Source: Catajapyx aquilonaris
Lineage: Eukaryota
Assembly: GCA_000934665.2 (NCBI GenBank)
Contig: KZ538084.1
Coordinates: forward strand, 62,001 to 126,000
DNA: 64,000 nucleotides
Direction: 5' to 3'
This document shows positions 1 to 13,885 of the stretch, piece after piece. Position 1 is the stretch's first letter; the number at the start of each line of letters is the position of its first letter. The position numbers and the translations under genes were made by a program. A model generated the notes under the pieces. The model saw only the letters and a list, made by a program, of their open reading frames with translations, was not told the origin of the DNA and made no database searches.

Positions 1-3000
1 AAGATGTGGACGGGACCATAACGAGCTGCCTAGAATGCGGATCATAATGAGTCCAGGAGAAGATGGGACGTTTATTGTTATAGGACCAGCTCGGTTGTGT
101 GTGTGAAGGGGGGCATGTCTGTAAATAAAAGCAGGCAGCCATAAATTCCTGGGTTTGAAAAGGGTCTGCCTCTCAGTCCCCCTAGAACGTAATTCATTAC
201 TAACCTTCCGAAACTGAATTTATTGAAATCGGTTTGCATTTGTTGGGGGGAAGGTAATGAAAATCCTTATAGCGTAACGAAAAATTGTGCGAGGGGGTTT
301 TCTAGTCCCGACGACACAAAATGTGGTACCAAAATCTGGAATTTACTGCGTCTCCCCTGACGTGAGACTTTCCTCGTCGGATCCGCGCCTCATGAGCTAA
401 ATTAATGGCTCACGCTTGACTTGTTGACGGAAATGAAGGAACAACACAGTAGAGACAGGCTTTCCGGGGACTGTTCAAGGAGGAGGAGAAGGAGGAGAAA
501 AAAAAAATGTTATGGGAGACTAGGGGGGTGTGGGTGGATGGGGAGAATTAGCTTAGGTTACCTTTGTGGCCGCCATTTGTCAAGTCTAATGCCTGCCTGC
601 TTCTTGGGGGAATGACATTAGGTAGTCATGGCTGAGAATTGTTGCATCTAAGGATGCTCAAAATACGTAGTAGAACTGAGTAGAACATAGAAATAAAATT
701 TGAATAGAATCGGCCATATTTGGTCGTTCAATTGGCCAAGACAAACAAAGGATGTGTAGGTACGCATCAGCTTGACGTGAAATGAGATTAGGAAGAAGAA
801 ATATGGCATGGTGTGGTTATGTACAATTCATGTCACGTGACCCAGGTACAGAGAGTCAGCAGGGGGGGGGGGGCGTTATTGATAAGATAGCCCGAAATGA
901 CTGCCTGTGATTAATTAGATGTTTGTTCAGTACAACAACGGTTCATTTTATAAGCGTGACCCGGATGAACTCTTGGTCACACATTATGCAGTAGCATTGT
1001 GATTTGTCCTGCAACGCCTCTGATGTGCCGTGTAGGCATGCGGTTTGCTACAAAAACTTGGCATGCCTTGGCACAGTCCTTACATTTGGCCACTTTATGT
1101 TGGGTAGGTCTACTGCACTGTAAATTCATTTGGTGTGTTCCAATGTCGAGTGAAATAGTTTCTCTGGAAACAATCGACCAACCGAATTAGTTGTGCAGGA
1201 CTTTACAACTGATGCATATCTACCTCCAGGCCAGTTTCACTATTTATATACAGGTTGTGGACAATGTACAGTACAGTCTCCAGGCTAGTACCGCTAGGTG
1301 GCCAAACTTGTTATGTATGAAAATAGATTCAAAGTAGATACCGCCAACCAGTATGCGTGTTTGGCAGCCACTTGACGCATCGCCTTGGTAACATGACAAG
1401 CCAGTGACGGCCAAGAAAATGCGTCTTGTCGTCTAATCGCAGTCATTTTCTTGATTCTTGATTAGAGGGCAGAATGGGGCTAGTTGGACTCATTTTCGTG
1501 TCGAATTAAGAATGCGGAGAAAAACGGCGGTCGAGCTGTCAGCTAGTGTCACGATTTATGCCACCTTAGGCCCAATCTTGTAATTCCATCTTGTATATCA
1601 TGCAGAACTTTTTTTTCCACCCTTTGTATCGTATACTGGAGGTGCCAGAAAACAGGCTCTTATTCTTTTCATGGTTCGCGTGGATATTATATCTGGGAAG
1701 AACTGATTTAATGAGATTACATTTTTTATCAGCTCTGAGGCCTTGGGCAAGGATTAAGCAGAAAAGGAGCTTATAATATGATTATATTCCCTAGCTAGGT
1801 AATCCAATGCTGGCCCGTGGCTGGCATACATCCATTTTTTTCTCTGTGTAACTATAGCGGTGGACTATGATGCATATTGGGCTTGTAAGTTCAACTTAGC
1901 AGTTTGGTTAGCTATTACCAAAGTTACTAAGTGTAATCAGATAGGTACTGCGTCCTTAACTAGCGGATGATTGCTGGAAGCTGTAACACCTCAAATTCAA
2001 AATGGAGTGATTTTTGACTCATCCGAGTTTTTGAAATATTTGTAGCAAAAAATACCGATTTAATTCAATTTTAGGCCAAAATGTGTTTTGTATCGTTTTG
2101 CGTTTGCATATGTTTTATTAGATAATAAATGAAATGAGGTGATCCAGAGTGGCAACCCGGACAAGTGCAGTGGTACAGTGTTGACATAATTTGCGGCAGA
2201 ATGTATTGAACATGATCAACAGCTAGAAGGCGAATAAAAACATGGGCAAACTCATCACTCCATCTAGTGCTCATTATTAATAAATATATGAACAGTTGTA
2301 GTCATGCCAAATGGACACATTCTGCAATCTCTAAGATTAGGAACATATTGTAAATAAAAATGTGTCACGATACTGTATCAGTGGCGCTGCAGGCTGATAT
2401 CTAACGGCGTTCTAGCCAACTATGCCGCTCCTTACTCCGCACATACACCCAAAGCTATGGCAGTTGCTGTCCACGGATTTCTCCTGCATGTTATATGTCA
2501 CATGCACCAGGTGAATAATTATTCCATCCGTCGCCTTTCAAGTCTGGAGCAGGAAATGAAGAATGAATATGCATCAACTTCCTTTGATGATTCAACCTGG
2601 CACTTTGGCTAATTTCAACAAAAGCCGAACCTGCTCCACGTAGATGGATTCAACATTTGGATGAAACAAGATTAACAACGACGAGGCCTTTATTTGATTG
2701 TGACCACCTGATTGAGCCAGTAATTTGGTTTAAAATTCGGATTTTCTTGAGGTATTCCCAGTTGGAAATCAAGGTGCTGGAGAATTATTTACGGCTTGTA
2801 ATCTTTGGTTGGTTGGTTGCTAATCGACCGTACAGTTGCTCACACTTGGGAGTAATTGTTGTTATAGGTCTGTTTTCATTTACCTCTGATTATATTTAGA
2901 GGTAAAGTATTAGCTGTTCTGATCAGGGGATGGGCTGACGGGGCGTGAGCATCATCATAATTACAAGCCCTCAGTGTTTCATCACTCAACTTTTGACGCA

Positions 3001-5071
3001 CATAACTGTCAGCCGGTTATTGTTTACACTCATATTTAGCATTGCTCGGATTGATTCAAGTCCATATCCGCAAGATTCAACCACTGAGCAAATGATCATT
3101 TGACTGTAACTCCACTGTATTCCAGCTAATTCGGGTCTCCCTGATTGCCCTCACCCTATACACCGCAAATGACCCCAGTGTACAGTAACACAATCAATTG
3201 GGTCTCAAATTGGGCAAGATATCTGTACAATACCAGTCGGACTCAATAGGGAGTCGGGAAACTAATAAAGCCCGGTTTCAATCGCACTTGGGAAAACAGT
3301 TCTAGGAAGATTAAAGCAACCGTGATTAAAACACAAAGGGTATGGACCAAAGAATTCAACGAGACAACTCCCTATTTTCATTGGCGCTAGAGTGAGCGCA
3401 AGGGCTGCATTCTGCATATTGATTAAAACCAGTTCTGCCAGGTCCAACGATGCAAACGGATTGATAAAGAGCAGGTGAAGGAGTCGTCCATTGTCACCTT
3501 CTCACAACCAGTTTTCGGCAATGTCAAGGCAACGCGACACATCGGACTCTCAATTATTTGGAGCTGTTACCACATGAAAAATATTTGAGTATAATAGTTA
3601 CTCGTTGTTTTCAGCATATATTTATTATATATTTCATTACAATTTTTAGAAGGACATCATTAGGTAATATTCAAGTGGACCAGTTTGGACGAATTTTATG
3701 GGACAAAAATGGCGAGTAGCGATTAGTAGTTTTCAGACCCGGAAATGGCGCCCTCCCTCACAAAGCGATTAGTGGCCAAAAAAGAACTGTTAGAATGAAC
3801 CCCTTGTCCAATCATTCCGTCCTTTTTTCCTCTCTTTTTAGAGGTCGGCTTCACATTTTTTTTTTTACGTTCAAAGCAACAGGGTCCAAAAAACTAGAAG
3901 TGCGACTACTTAAATGGCGCCCTCTGTTTCATTACCTGATCCTTTTGATTGGTTGTTTTCCTTATAATTACCCGGAGAGACCGCTTGTTGTTAAAGCCAG
4001 CAGGTGAGAAAAAACGAAGGTGTAAAATCAAGGCAATTTATTAACAAATTGTACACGTGTGCTGTAGGGTTTCTGCCCCATTTTTTTTTTTGTAGATTTG
4101 TTTTTTTAAAAAATGGCGGCTCAAGAGTGACATAGATGGAAGCGAATGGTAAATGGAACGAAAAATATTGTCATTGCAAAATGTTCAACTTGTTGCGTTC
4201 ATACTCGACCAGGGGAAACTTTCTACCGGGTGTGGAAGCAAGATTAATGGCGGCCTGGACGTATTAAATCGGCGTGATTTGACAAGACGAACAGACACAT
4301 TTAGTTGCAGTCATATAAACACGTCCACGGCACTTACGTTTTGTTTTTAACCTCCACTCGGGTAAATTGGGAGGCCGGGAATCAGTGGAACGCAAAACGC
4401 ATGAATTGTTCATCCTAGTTTCGAGACTGATTAATTGGGGACTGGAAGGGGAGAGGGGGATGCTCTGGAGGAAAGTTTGGTGCCGAAATGTAGACAAGGA
4501 TTTCTGATAACGGGAGCTCAAGTTGGGGATTGAAAGCGTTCTGTCAGGACTCCAAAGACCATATGAAATGCTTAATAATGTCATTTGCAGTTCTCGCCCT
4601 GAATCAACGGGTTGTGACTTCAATGTGAGCGTATCTTTTGAAAATTTTGAAATATTTCTGGGATGCGAAAATTATATTAACCATTAATTATGTGATTTGG
4701 AATCAAATTGGAACAGTATAAATTTTCTTTCACAATTTAAAAATACGAATCGCAAGTATTGGTCGATAGCATCAACAAACAATAATTAAAAACAGCAGAA
4801 GCATAAAAAAATTGGCATATTAAGATATAGCATGGTATAGGGACCCCTTGGCCCAGATACCGGAATGACCGTGGTTGATGTCGAGAGACGGCGATAATAT
4901 AGCAATATCCCACATGCATATGGATGAAGCCTGCCCAACTTGCAAATGGTAGCTAAAGCTATATGAAGGGTGAATGTGCACAGTGAAGCAATGCAAATTT
5001 TTTTTTGAGTCAGATATTTTTCTGCTGGAGCGTTGTGAGTGTTGCATGTATTCAAAAAAATTGATATGTTG

Positions 5072-5210
5072 AGGCGCGTTTACATGTGGGCGATTTGACG
5101 AGCGAAGTCTTCGCCGAGGCTGAAATTAACAAATGATTTTCGCTTCAAACAGTATTGGTTACTTGGGTTACTCAGCCTCGGCGAAGATTTTGCTCGTCAA
5201 ATGGCTCACC
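5072..5210. mobile_element. MITE family A copy 1 (PIF/Harbinger-like), right tip degraded
   Basis: Starts AGGCGCGTTTACATGTGGGCGATTTGACGAGCGAAGTCTTCGCCGAGGCTGA with inverted partner TCAGCCTCGGCGAAGATTTTGCTCGTCAAAT. Closely similar to 13729-13869 (opposite orientation) and 45737-45885. Confidence 0.8.
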
Positions 5211-6884
5211 TTTAGTGCTTGTTCATAGCTGGGTAAAATGGTTCCGAATCATATCGATTCAATGGGAGGCAAGTACGTGAAGGCCAGCTGTTGTTACCAT
5301 CCACGCCTTGCTTCCTCGCAAGGTAGAAATAAACAGGTTCGATGTGATGCAGTGCAATTATGCCCACTACATGCTAGTGAAGCAGTATCAACAAGCCTGG
5401 AGAGGAGTGGAAAATTCCATTGCAACATTTTCTGTCATGTCAGGCAGTAATTAAACAGTAATTAACAAGGTGGTGTACAGTGAGACCTTTTATTGCACCA
5501 CACCAACAAAAATTATCAGCCCACCGTGTAGTACATGCACTTGCCACGCTTTTGACTTCATTATTATGGAAGGTGTGCTTAGCAACTGGATATAATTATT
5601 ACTTTTCACCTGATAGATTCTGTTACAGTAATGTGACATGTTGCTAAACAAGTCCTTGATATTGTACATACTTCAGAAGGCTACATCTGAAGTGTATATG
5701 GCATGCTTAAAGAATGCTGAGTGTAAATTCCATGACCTAACACTGTACGTATAACTACTGTGTAATGCACAAATATTGGCACAATTCCACCCTGCCTGAC
5801 ATGACAAGATAATAGTTTAAAATTGTGTTGGATATGCAAAATCGACTATATGTACACAAGACATCACCCGCAGGTTATTTCAAATTATGAAGGTAAAATA
5901 TGAGGCAAAAAAATTGCATATCGACGGACTATCATGTGAAATGCAGGCTATAGCACCTCTCGTCCCATATTTTTCTGTATTGTAAGGACCCTTTTTGCCG
6001 GCATACGGGGGCCATAATACAGCAGAATTCTGGCATCACGCATCACTTCTGCAATACGGCATCAGTGGACTTGGGCCCGTCTTGATTCCCGTGACTCGTT
6101 TAGAACTTCAAACAGCTGGCCCCAAGTATAATTGCCACTCATCACTCTAGTGCAGTCAACCACTCCCATCCATTGCAGCCGAGGCCACCGGAGCTCAATA
6201 ATAGTCCTGCTCTATTGCAAGTAATCGTTTTACGTTGTTTGTATAATATGATAGTTCCTTGCCCCCTACTTTCCGGAGTCACACCTTGGTAAATGTTGGA
6301 AATTTTGATTAAACTACTCATCCGCATGGAACTACTTTAGCCGAAGTGCCCCCCCTAGGCGGAGTGATATTTGTAACGTTTTTTAAAAAAGCGTGAACAT
6401 GATCGCTCTTGGGCCAATTATTGAATCTCGCTCGCATCAGATCCAGGTAAAAAGTAGGTGACATAATGCGGTTTGATATGTACTTCTGCAGCATCTGCTC
6501 TTGGCGTCATTACTGGGCCCCGATTTCAATCAACGACTGATGGAAAAAAAATGACGTGAAATAGGCCGGACTCCGTCGATGCAAATTCTGTCACAAAAAT
6601 TTGGAAGTAGCAAAATGAAATTATTCAGGTGACAAGTAATTTCAGCCAGCAAAATGCGGGGGTCTGTCCATAGGGAGAAATTTTTTCCGGGCATCAAAAA
6701 AAAAGGCGTGCCACACAAATGGAGACGACAGGCTTGGAAAAGATGGACAGGTGACAAGCCGACAGTCGCATGCCCGCTGGGAAAAACACTCAACTGCCAC
6801 AGGGGTAGAGGGGCATTTTACAAAACGTCCACACCTGTAAAGATCTAACCTACAGGCATTGTCGTCACATCACCCTGACATCAT

Positions 6885-6939
6885 GCCCAATTTTTGGTGG
6901 GGCTAGATCTGGCAGATCTTGCCCCACCAAAAATTGGGC
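6885..6939. repeat. Near-perfect palindrome, possible MITE remnant
   Basis: GCCCAATTTTTGGTGGGGCTAGATCT-GGC-AGATCTTGCCCCACCAAAAATTGGGC (one mismatch); AAAATTGGGCGC is repeated just downstream. Confidence 0.75.
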
Positions 6940-8124
6940 GCTTGGGTCAAAATTGGGCGCTCATATGAAATTGCATATTGAAACAAAAAAGGATAGGGTT
7001 AGACCTGACGACCTGCACTTTGTACGGTTATTTCCAGGCGATTAATATTCTCGTCGGCCTATTCCAGAACACGCTCCTGTCATTCTCTCACATATGCAGG
7101 CATAATAAACCCCCTCGGTGCCCTTCCATCTTCATATTAATGCTACCCGTAAAATCGCTCTCTCACTTTTGGAGCTTCAAGTGGCCATTGGGAGTCGCTA
7201 ACGTTACTGAATTACTGTGTGCAGTTTATTCGCTTATAAATTTTCAACAAAATTAGGTCGAGCTTCCGAATTACAAGACTGCTGTGAGCCGGCTTTCTGC
7301 TCATTGGAAGAACTTGGGGGGGTCTAAATGAGATTCTTCAAATGCTTCCATGCTCATTAGAGCAGGGAAAAGGCACGTTCAAGAAATTAGTCCCGACTTG
7401 GTTCATGCGATTTTATGTGCACATTGTGTGCTGGCTCAACAATGCTTGTCCGTTTCAAGAGAGGCATTGGCGTTTGTAAATAACAATTAGAAGCTGTATC
7501 GGAGAAGTCCAGCTGCTCCATGCACTGTACAAGTTCAGCTACTGGTAGGGAAAAATTTGCATCAAAATGAGGCAGGACTGTACTAATTGTTTAATAATGA
7601 TTATGGGATGCACTTCGTAGTGTGGGAACAAAAATGGTCCCCACAGGCTTTGCTTGGGGCACCCTATTCATAGTGTAAAAATGTACACGTCCCAAGTTGA
7701 CACCCACATCAGAGCATGTTTGAAAAGTTTGACACATTGTTATTTCCAGATGATATGTCACTAATGTCCTCCGAGTCTATTGTCGCCCCTTTTAATTGCC
7801 GCGTACGAATTGATCTCTCAACAATCCATATAATATACCGGACACCTGACAATACCCATATTTCCCCCAATGTTACTTGCCTATTAGCGTCCGTATAGTG
7901 TGGACCACGTCCCGAAAATAAATACATCACTCGTATTCAACGACCACTAGTGTCACCACCCGTTAACAATATTGCTGCCAGATTTCCACACCCCATATTA
8001 ATAATTGTGAGCATCTCTATACTGATTCATAGATTTAGTAGCAATGTTGCCTGCGCAGATTGGGCACCAATAAGAATAAATGATGTTCATACCAGGCGCT
8101 TCGCTCGCTGGGTTCTTACCAGGC

Positions 8125-8493
8125 CAGCCCCCGGACACTTCCCCTACAATCTTACCTTATCGCCTGCCGGGGCGTTTTGCATGAGGTGCTCACCTGAGAG
8201 CGCCATGAGACCTTTCACGGCGCTATTATGTGGCGACCCTACCGGACTACTATGAACTTTATAGGTACAAAAGGGAAGCACTACATTGGGGGACCCAACA
8301 TGGTCGCCGGCGGCGATATTGGGCCCGCATGTAGCGGCTTCTCTTCTACCTTAGTTCAGCGTAGTCCGGTAGGGTCGCCACATAATAGCGCAATGAAAAG
8401 CTGTCTCATGGCGCTCTCAAGTGAGCACCTCATGCAAAACGCCCCGGCAGGCGATAAGAGGGAGTGTCCAGACCTTAGTATTCTAAGACCATG
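8125..8493. mobile_element. MITE family C copy 1 (8-bp TSD, hAT/P-like)
   Basis: TSD TACCAGGC at 8117-8124 and 8494-8501. Long internal inverted repeats (CTTATCGCCTGCCGGGGCGTTTTGCATGAGGTGCTCAC...CCCTACCGGACTAC and its reverse complement). Same ends as 36361-36665. Confidence 0.9.
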
Positions 8494-11400
8494 TACCAGG
8501 CGCTGCGCTCGCTGGGTTAACACCAGCGCAGAGCTGAATATCACATGGACGGCAGAAATGGAGCATTCCGTGCTCATGGCCAGGCAATGCAGCGACATGA
8601 GGCCCTGGCGCGGGCCACCTTTATCATTTGGAAGCCCATGTGAACGATGCAGGAAGGTAAGTGACTGAGTGGACTGCTTAGAAACCAATTAAGTACGTGT
8701 GAGTGAAACGGGCAGAAGAGGCGCGTTTCACTCCCCTGTCGACTCCCGACAGGCTGCTTAAAGCGATGGTAGAATCGCGTGCACCAACGCCCGTACATCC
8801 ACAAAAAATGGCCGATGAAAGAGGTAGCAGAGCGTGGCCAGGAGGCCACGCATCCTCCGGTGTGGCCTGCGACTTGGGACCGGTTTGGACTCGTTGCCTT
8901 GTCTCTTCCAGGGCCTTCCCAATCAAAAGACTACCTGTTCGTCTTATCTTTGTCGGCCTAGTGTTCCGTTTTTCTAGACCAGGTGGGGATGATGTAGATG
9001 GCGCAACTGCTGAGGTCTCACTTGAAGAATCGCGAGCCTAGCTCCTATAAGTTTATATCAGAGCTGGGGAAAGGGATATAATTTAACCAGAAGCAAGGTC
9101 GTCCCTGGTGTACGTGTTTCGTGATATCTTTTGAATCAACTCTTACAGGAGGTTGCTACTAAGTTGACGCACCGGAGGATAATAAATTGTTGAGGGTTTT
9201 TTTTTTTTTCGGAGCAGAACACTGTCCGTGCCACCTTGTGGGACGCTTATAAACTTTTGGGGTGTGATAAGAGCGTGATGTTATTGTTAAACGATCGCAC
9301 GTGACGGTGGGAAATTTCCAAGGAAATTATTTGCGAACCGCAGAGTGGTCCATACCGCAGTGGGTGCCAGCAAAACGTTGCCGCAGGTGGCTTAATGAGT
9401 TACGGTTGCCCCACATTTGCTAATGTCAATAATTTTAGAATAATAGTCGAAAATTAATTCATACACGCCAATTATGCTCGCTCTGTTATTCTATTTAAAT
9501 ACGACCAAAACCAATAATTTATTATGGCGTGTCATGCCCTTCCCATTCGAACAAGTTGGCCTCGGCAATCATTTTGAGAATAATTAGAGAAAATTTGACT
9601 CGTTTTTTTTATATATGTACGGGAATTCCGTTCGTTGTTAGGGCATGTTGGTATACAACGTGGCCTGCATGCAGCGTTTCGTTGTTGGAAATTGATGTAT
9701 TTTTCCGCATCAAGTTGATGCATTATGTATGCTCATTATTGAATTATTCCTACTTTAATGACATGTTTAAACCAAACAGGCCTAGTACATTATTATTACA
9801 CACTATTCCTTAGGGGTGTAAATGTGATATACACCCTGCCTACTGGTATAACTTTTTACTCCCTGACAAAATTATTGACTCTTCTTTTTTAATATTGTAT
9901 TCCATTTCTCAACCGCATCCAGCTTTCTGGCAGACTTCTAGTACCATTAAAAATTCCATTCCAAATGTAATATTGCACCAAAATTAAAACTAAGAAGCAG
10001 CGTCTTTTTATGGTCTTTCATACACTTTTAACACTTGCGAAGGGCACTGCAGCAGAATCGGCACCAGCTGCCAGAGGTGGGTCGTGAGAAAATGTTACAA
10101 GGATAGGTTCTAAGCATGCACCTCATTTGGGGCCAACTTTATAAATCTAGGAATACATACCTTCACGGCACGCCACTTCAGCAACTGGTTACCTTGGGTC
10201 TAAATCTGTGAACTGGAGCTGTGGTTTACTGGATTAATAAAAGACACTGGCTGGACCTTGCTGCATAATTTAAATATCTAGCGCAGATTCCTGGGCAAGC
10301 CTGAAGTTTCATCGGCCCTGAGTTGACAAACAAATTGTGGAAAAATAGGCAGCCCAACCGGCAAAACTGGATGATAGTTTTCCCAATTTGCATATTATAC
10401 ACCAGTTTTTTCTGCATATCCTAAGGGGTATTATAGTGTCCTCAGGAGCTGAGGCCAAGACGTACCGTTTCAAATCGCGTGCGTTTTTTTTTCAATGTAG
10501 CACCGCTCTACCACGCCTCACCCCCTTCAAACTCCGTGGTCTGTAATTTCCATCTGCAAGAGTTAATTTTTGCGACACTAAGCACCCCCCGTGCCATACA
10601 GACCTGATCCTTTGATCTCAGGAGGGAATTCAGCACAGATATAATGCTTAGTAAGGGAAGAGTATATGAACTGTAAGCTACTACCAACCCCATGTTCCCT
10701 GCCTGTACTATTTTACTTCTGGTCGTGAGGCACGAAAAGGCATTGATGCCCCCCCCGCCCCCCATTGCCCCCCACTTTAAAAAAAAGTGAATTTCACGAG
10801 TGTTTCCCACAAGTGGAATGGCTCTCGCCGGAATCTCTAACAACTCCTGAGGGATGCAAGGGCCTCGGTCCTGGGAGTGGTTGTATCTCTTGTTTTCTCA
10901 CAGTTTCAAAGCTTCCTCCACCTACTCCCTACCTCCCCCCCCCCTTCTGACACGACATGGCAAAGTAACGAATGTGGCTAGATAAGGTGGACGTACAAAA
11001 ACCTGTTCTCGTGTTCTGTGAATAGGTGCCTTCCAATAAAAAGGAAATCACTTCGGCGTGAGATAGACCTAATGTAAGGATATAAAAAAATGTGTACGTT
11101 TTGGAGTCTACGGGGGTTTCTGTCATATCCAAATGGAGAAGAATGTTTTGGGCAGGTGAGCAGTGCAGCCCACCAACGATTGAGAACGTGGAGGCTGGTA
11201 CAGGGTGTCAATCAGCGAGCTTGTAGGACGTGACATCTTAATTTACTGGAGTAAATTCCGGTCGGAGGCAGTGGATTTTACTGGAATAATTGTTTTTTTG
11301 ATTAATTTCTGGAGGGCGAGGTTGTGACGGGAATATTTTGCTTCTCTGATCCAATTATTTTGCATATGAGCTCTGGCGGTGCATAGTTATAGACTGGATG

Positions 11401-11550
11401 TATGGGTTTTGAATGATTATTGCCTCAATTATTTCGCACGCAATGTTGGAATGCGTGGATATACGTGACGAGCATTGATAATGCCACTTCTATAAGAGTA
11501 TATCACTTGCTATAAGGTAACCTGACTATTCACTTTGGTTGCAGATTATA

Positions 11551-11772
11551 CAGGGTGTTCCAGATTCGTGGGTCACTTTTTGATAACTGATATCGCCCGA
11601 TAGCAATTATTTTTGTAGCTTGTTGTGTCCCTAAGCATGTGCCCCATTCTATATAACTACCCACTGGGATCGAGTTGCTATAAAATGAGGCACATGGTTA
11701 GGGGCACAACAAGCTACAAAAATCGGGCGATATCAGTTATCAAAAAGTGACCCACGAATCTGAAACACCCTG
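11551..11772. mobile_element. MITE family B copy 1 (Tc1/mariner-like)
   Basis: TA|CAGGGTGTTCCAGATTCGTGGGTCACTTTTTGATAACTGATATCGCCCGAT ... ATCGGGCGATATCAGTTATCAAAAAGTGACCCACGAATCTGAAACACCCTG. Almost wholly palindromic; four copies in the window. Confidence 0.9.
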
Positions 11773-13728
11773 TTTAAACAATTTCAACACGAGAGCAAAT
11801 AATATAACATAAATGCAATTATTTGCGAATTCGCCCATTACTGCCATTATAAATGCCGCATTAGGTAATGCATAATCCCGCAAACCGTTGAATTAAATAT
11901 GGCCGCTCCTACATGGTTCATAAATGTAAGCTACCCTAGTAAATTAAAATTCGTCATTTTACTGGCTACTCTTCTTGTATGTGGTTACCAGGCTTAATGT
12001 TTTATTCAAAAAAATTTGCACGTTTGTGTTGGCGGGAAAATCCGACCCCCAGCTTTTCCTCCTCCCATGACATTAATCATGTAACACACTAACATAACTG
12101 CGGTAAGAAAGAGGCCCAGGTCGCTGGTCACTTTGCGCTCATGTTAAGGCCCGTAATGGCCCAAGCTTTACTTCCGGATTATATGGAATAATGCGTCTTT
12201 GAACTCCCAAACCGCCACACCTTTACAACGTCGCTGTTCGCACCACAACAAAGAAAACGCGTTTGTACAGGCCGGATTAAAATATTATCAAATTTATATC
12301 ATAAATTTTGGAAAACGTAGTAATTGCTTAGGAAAAAATTTGGTTATTTTTTATACAATAGAAAAATCAGGTTGACAGTGCCACATGGGGGCAACTTAAC
12401 GCATGCGCATCTGAGAGCCAGTTGGTTGCAGGTTTTTACATAGTGCTGATTGGCCCATTCTTGTGACATGTCGCCTGATTGGTGAAGTGGCCAAGTTATC
12501 AGGTTTTACAATTTTACAATGACGACTGTTTCAACCAAATCTGTAGTCAGCGTTTTAACCATCCGATCGGGTTATTTTGAATCCTTCAAATACTATAAAT
12601 AGTCTATATCTTTTGAGTGTGATTGTGAGTGGGAGTCGCTAGAGGTGGCACCACAGCGCTTTGTGATCGTTGCGGAGAAACTGCGAAAAAGCTCCATTCC
12701 TCCTCGATAACGACCGTTTGCCATCGACGTAATTGGAAATCAGTCCATGCCGTAGAACGGAGGCAGTCTTTGAATTTAGGAGCACCCGAGTTGTTGGCAT
12801 GGACGCAGTGAGTCTAAAGTCGAGGATGGAAGCCGTTCTTCAAGCACCAAAGCGAAAGGACACATTAGTCCCTCCCGCTTTCCTAGGCCCCCCGCTCTTT
12901 CTCGATATATGTTTTTTTTTTCCAAGTCTGCTTTTTCGATTAGTGGGCCTGGAAAATTTACGGGCCAGCAAAGGACTGGGTAGAATTTGCCTAGGCCAGG
13001 CGGCAAATGAGGCTCTGTAAACGCTTCCAATTACGCGTAAAAGGAGTTGTGGATGTGGGCATAGGGGGGTAAAAATCCGGCCACCACTATCCTCTTAGCC
13101 TCTTGGCACCCTGATCTAGAGCACACTTTTTTTTGGCGAAATATCCATGGAGTTAGAGGGATAATCTCTGGGAAGTTCGCCCAGCTCACGTCACTTGTTC
13201 AGGAAAAGAAGGAGGGGTGGTGGTAAAGAGGCTGGAGCCCACGACCCCCCAGATGAAAGAATGGGAGGCGATCATTCTTGTTTAGACAATGGCCGCCGCT
13301 CTCTTAATTACAAAAGCGCGGCGATGAATTTCTAGGATCTATGGCTGCGTGCTGGGAGGCCCCTCTCCAGCCGTGATACACCAAGTTGGTTACTTGTCCA
13401 GAAATGAGAGGAAAGGAATGATGTAGCTTGAGATTTTCTAGTGGTGCAGGTTATTTTAAGGTGTTTCTTAGAATCGAAAGCCCAGTAGAATTACTGGTGG
13501 TCCATTAATACACAGGTTGCCAACAACCTATTTATTAGACTAGCCTCTCCTCTGGCTGTCTCACGACTGATCATCTCCTCCCAGGTCCGCCCCCGGCATC
13601 CACGCCATCTCTTGGCAAAACTGCCTAGCAACTACATCTACTGGATACGAGAGATATCATTGAGCCTGAGCAAGGATGAGATTTAAAAAATTATTTTCAA
13701 AATTTTGTGAAACAAATTGACTGCATAA

Positions 13729-13869
13729 ATGTGCGTTTACCTGAAGGCGATTTGACGAGCCAAGTGTTCGCCGAGGCTGAGTAACTACTCAAGTAACCAA
13801 TATTGTTTGAAGCGAAAATCGAATCGGCGAAGGCTTCGCTAGTCAAATCGCCCACATGTAAACGCACTT
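13729..13869. mobile_element. MITE family A copy 2 (PIF/Harbinger-like)
   Basis: GTGCGTTTACCTGAAGGCGATTTGACGAGC ... GCTAGTCAAATCGCCCACATGTAAACGCAC. Left flank is TAA; the internal segment is the reverse complement of copies 1 and 3. Confidence 0.85.
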
Positions 13870-13885
13870 CTCCCTGCGGCCTATT

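Noticed and set aside
5435..5806. 15-bp inverted repeat TGTCATGTCAGGCAG / CTGCCTGACATGACA as MITE ends
   Set aside because: No TSD, little extension of symmetry and no second copy; possibly an old relic but boundaries are unsupported.
10790..10890. LINE RT C-terminal W-N-x-L-P-like relic with 3' hairpin
   Set aside because: Requires several frameshifts over a few codons; not distinguishable from chance without a search.
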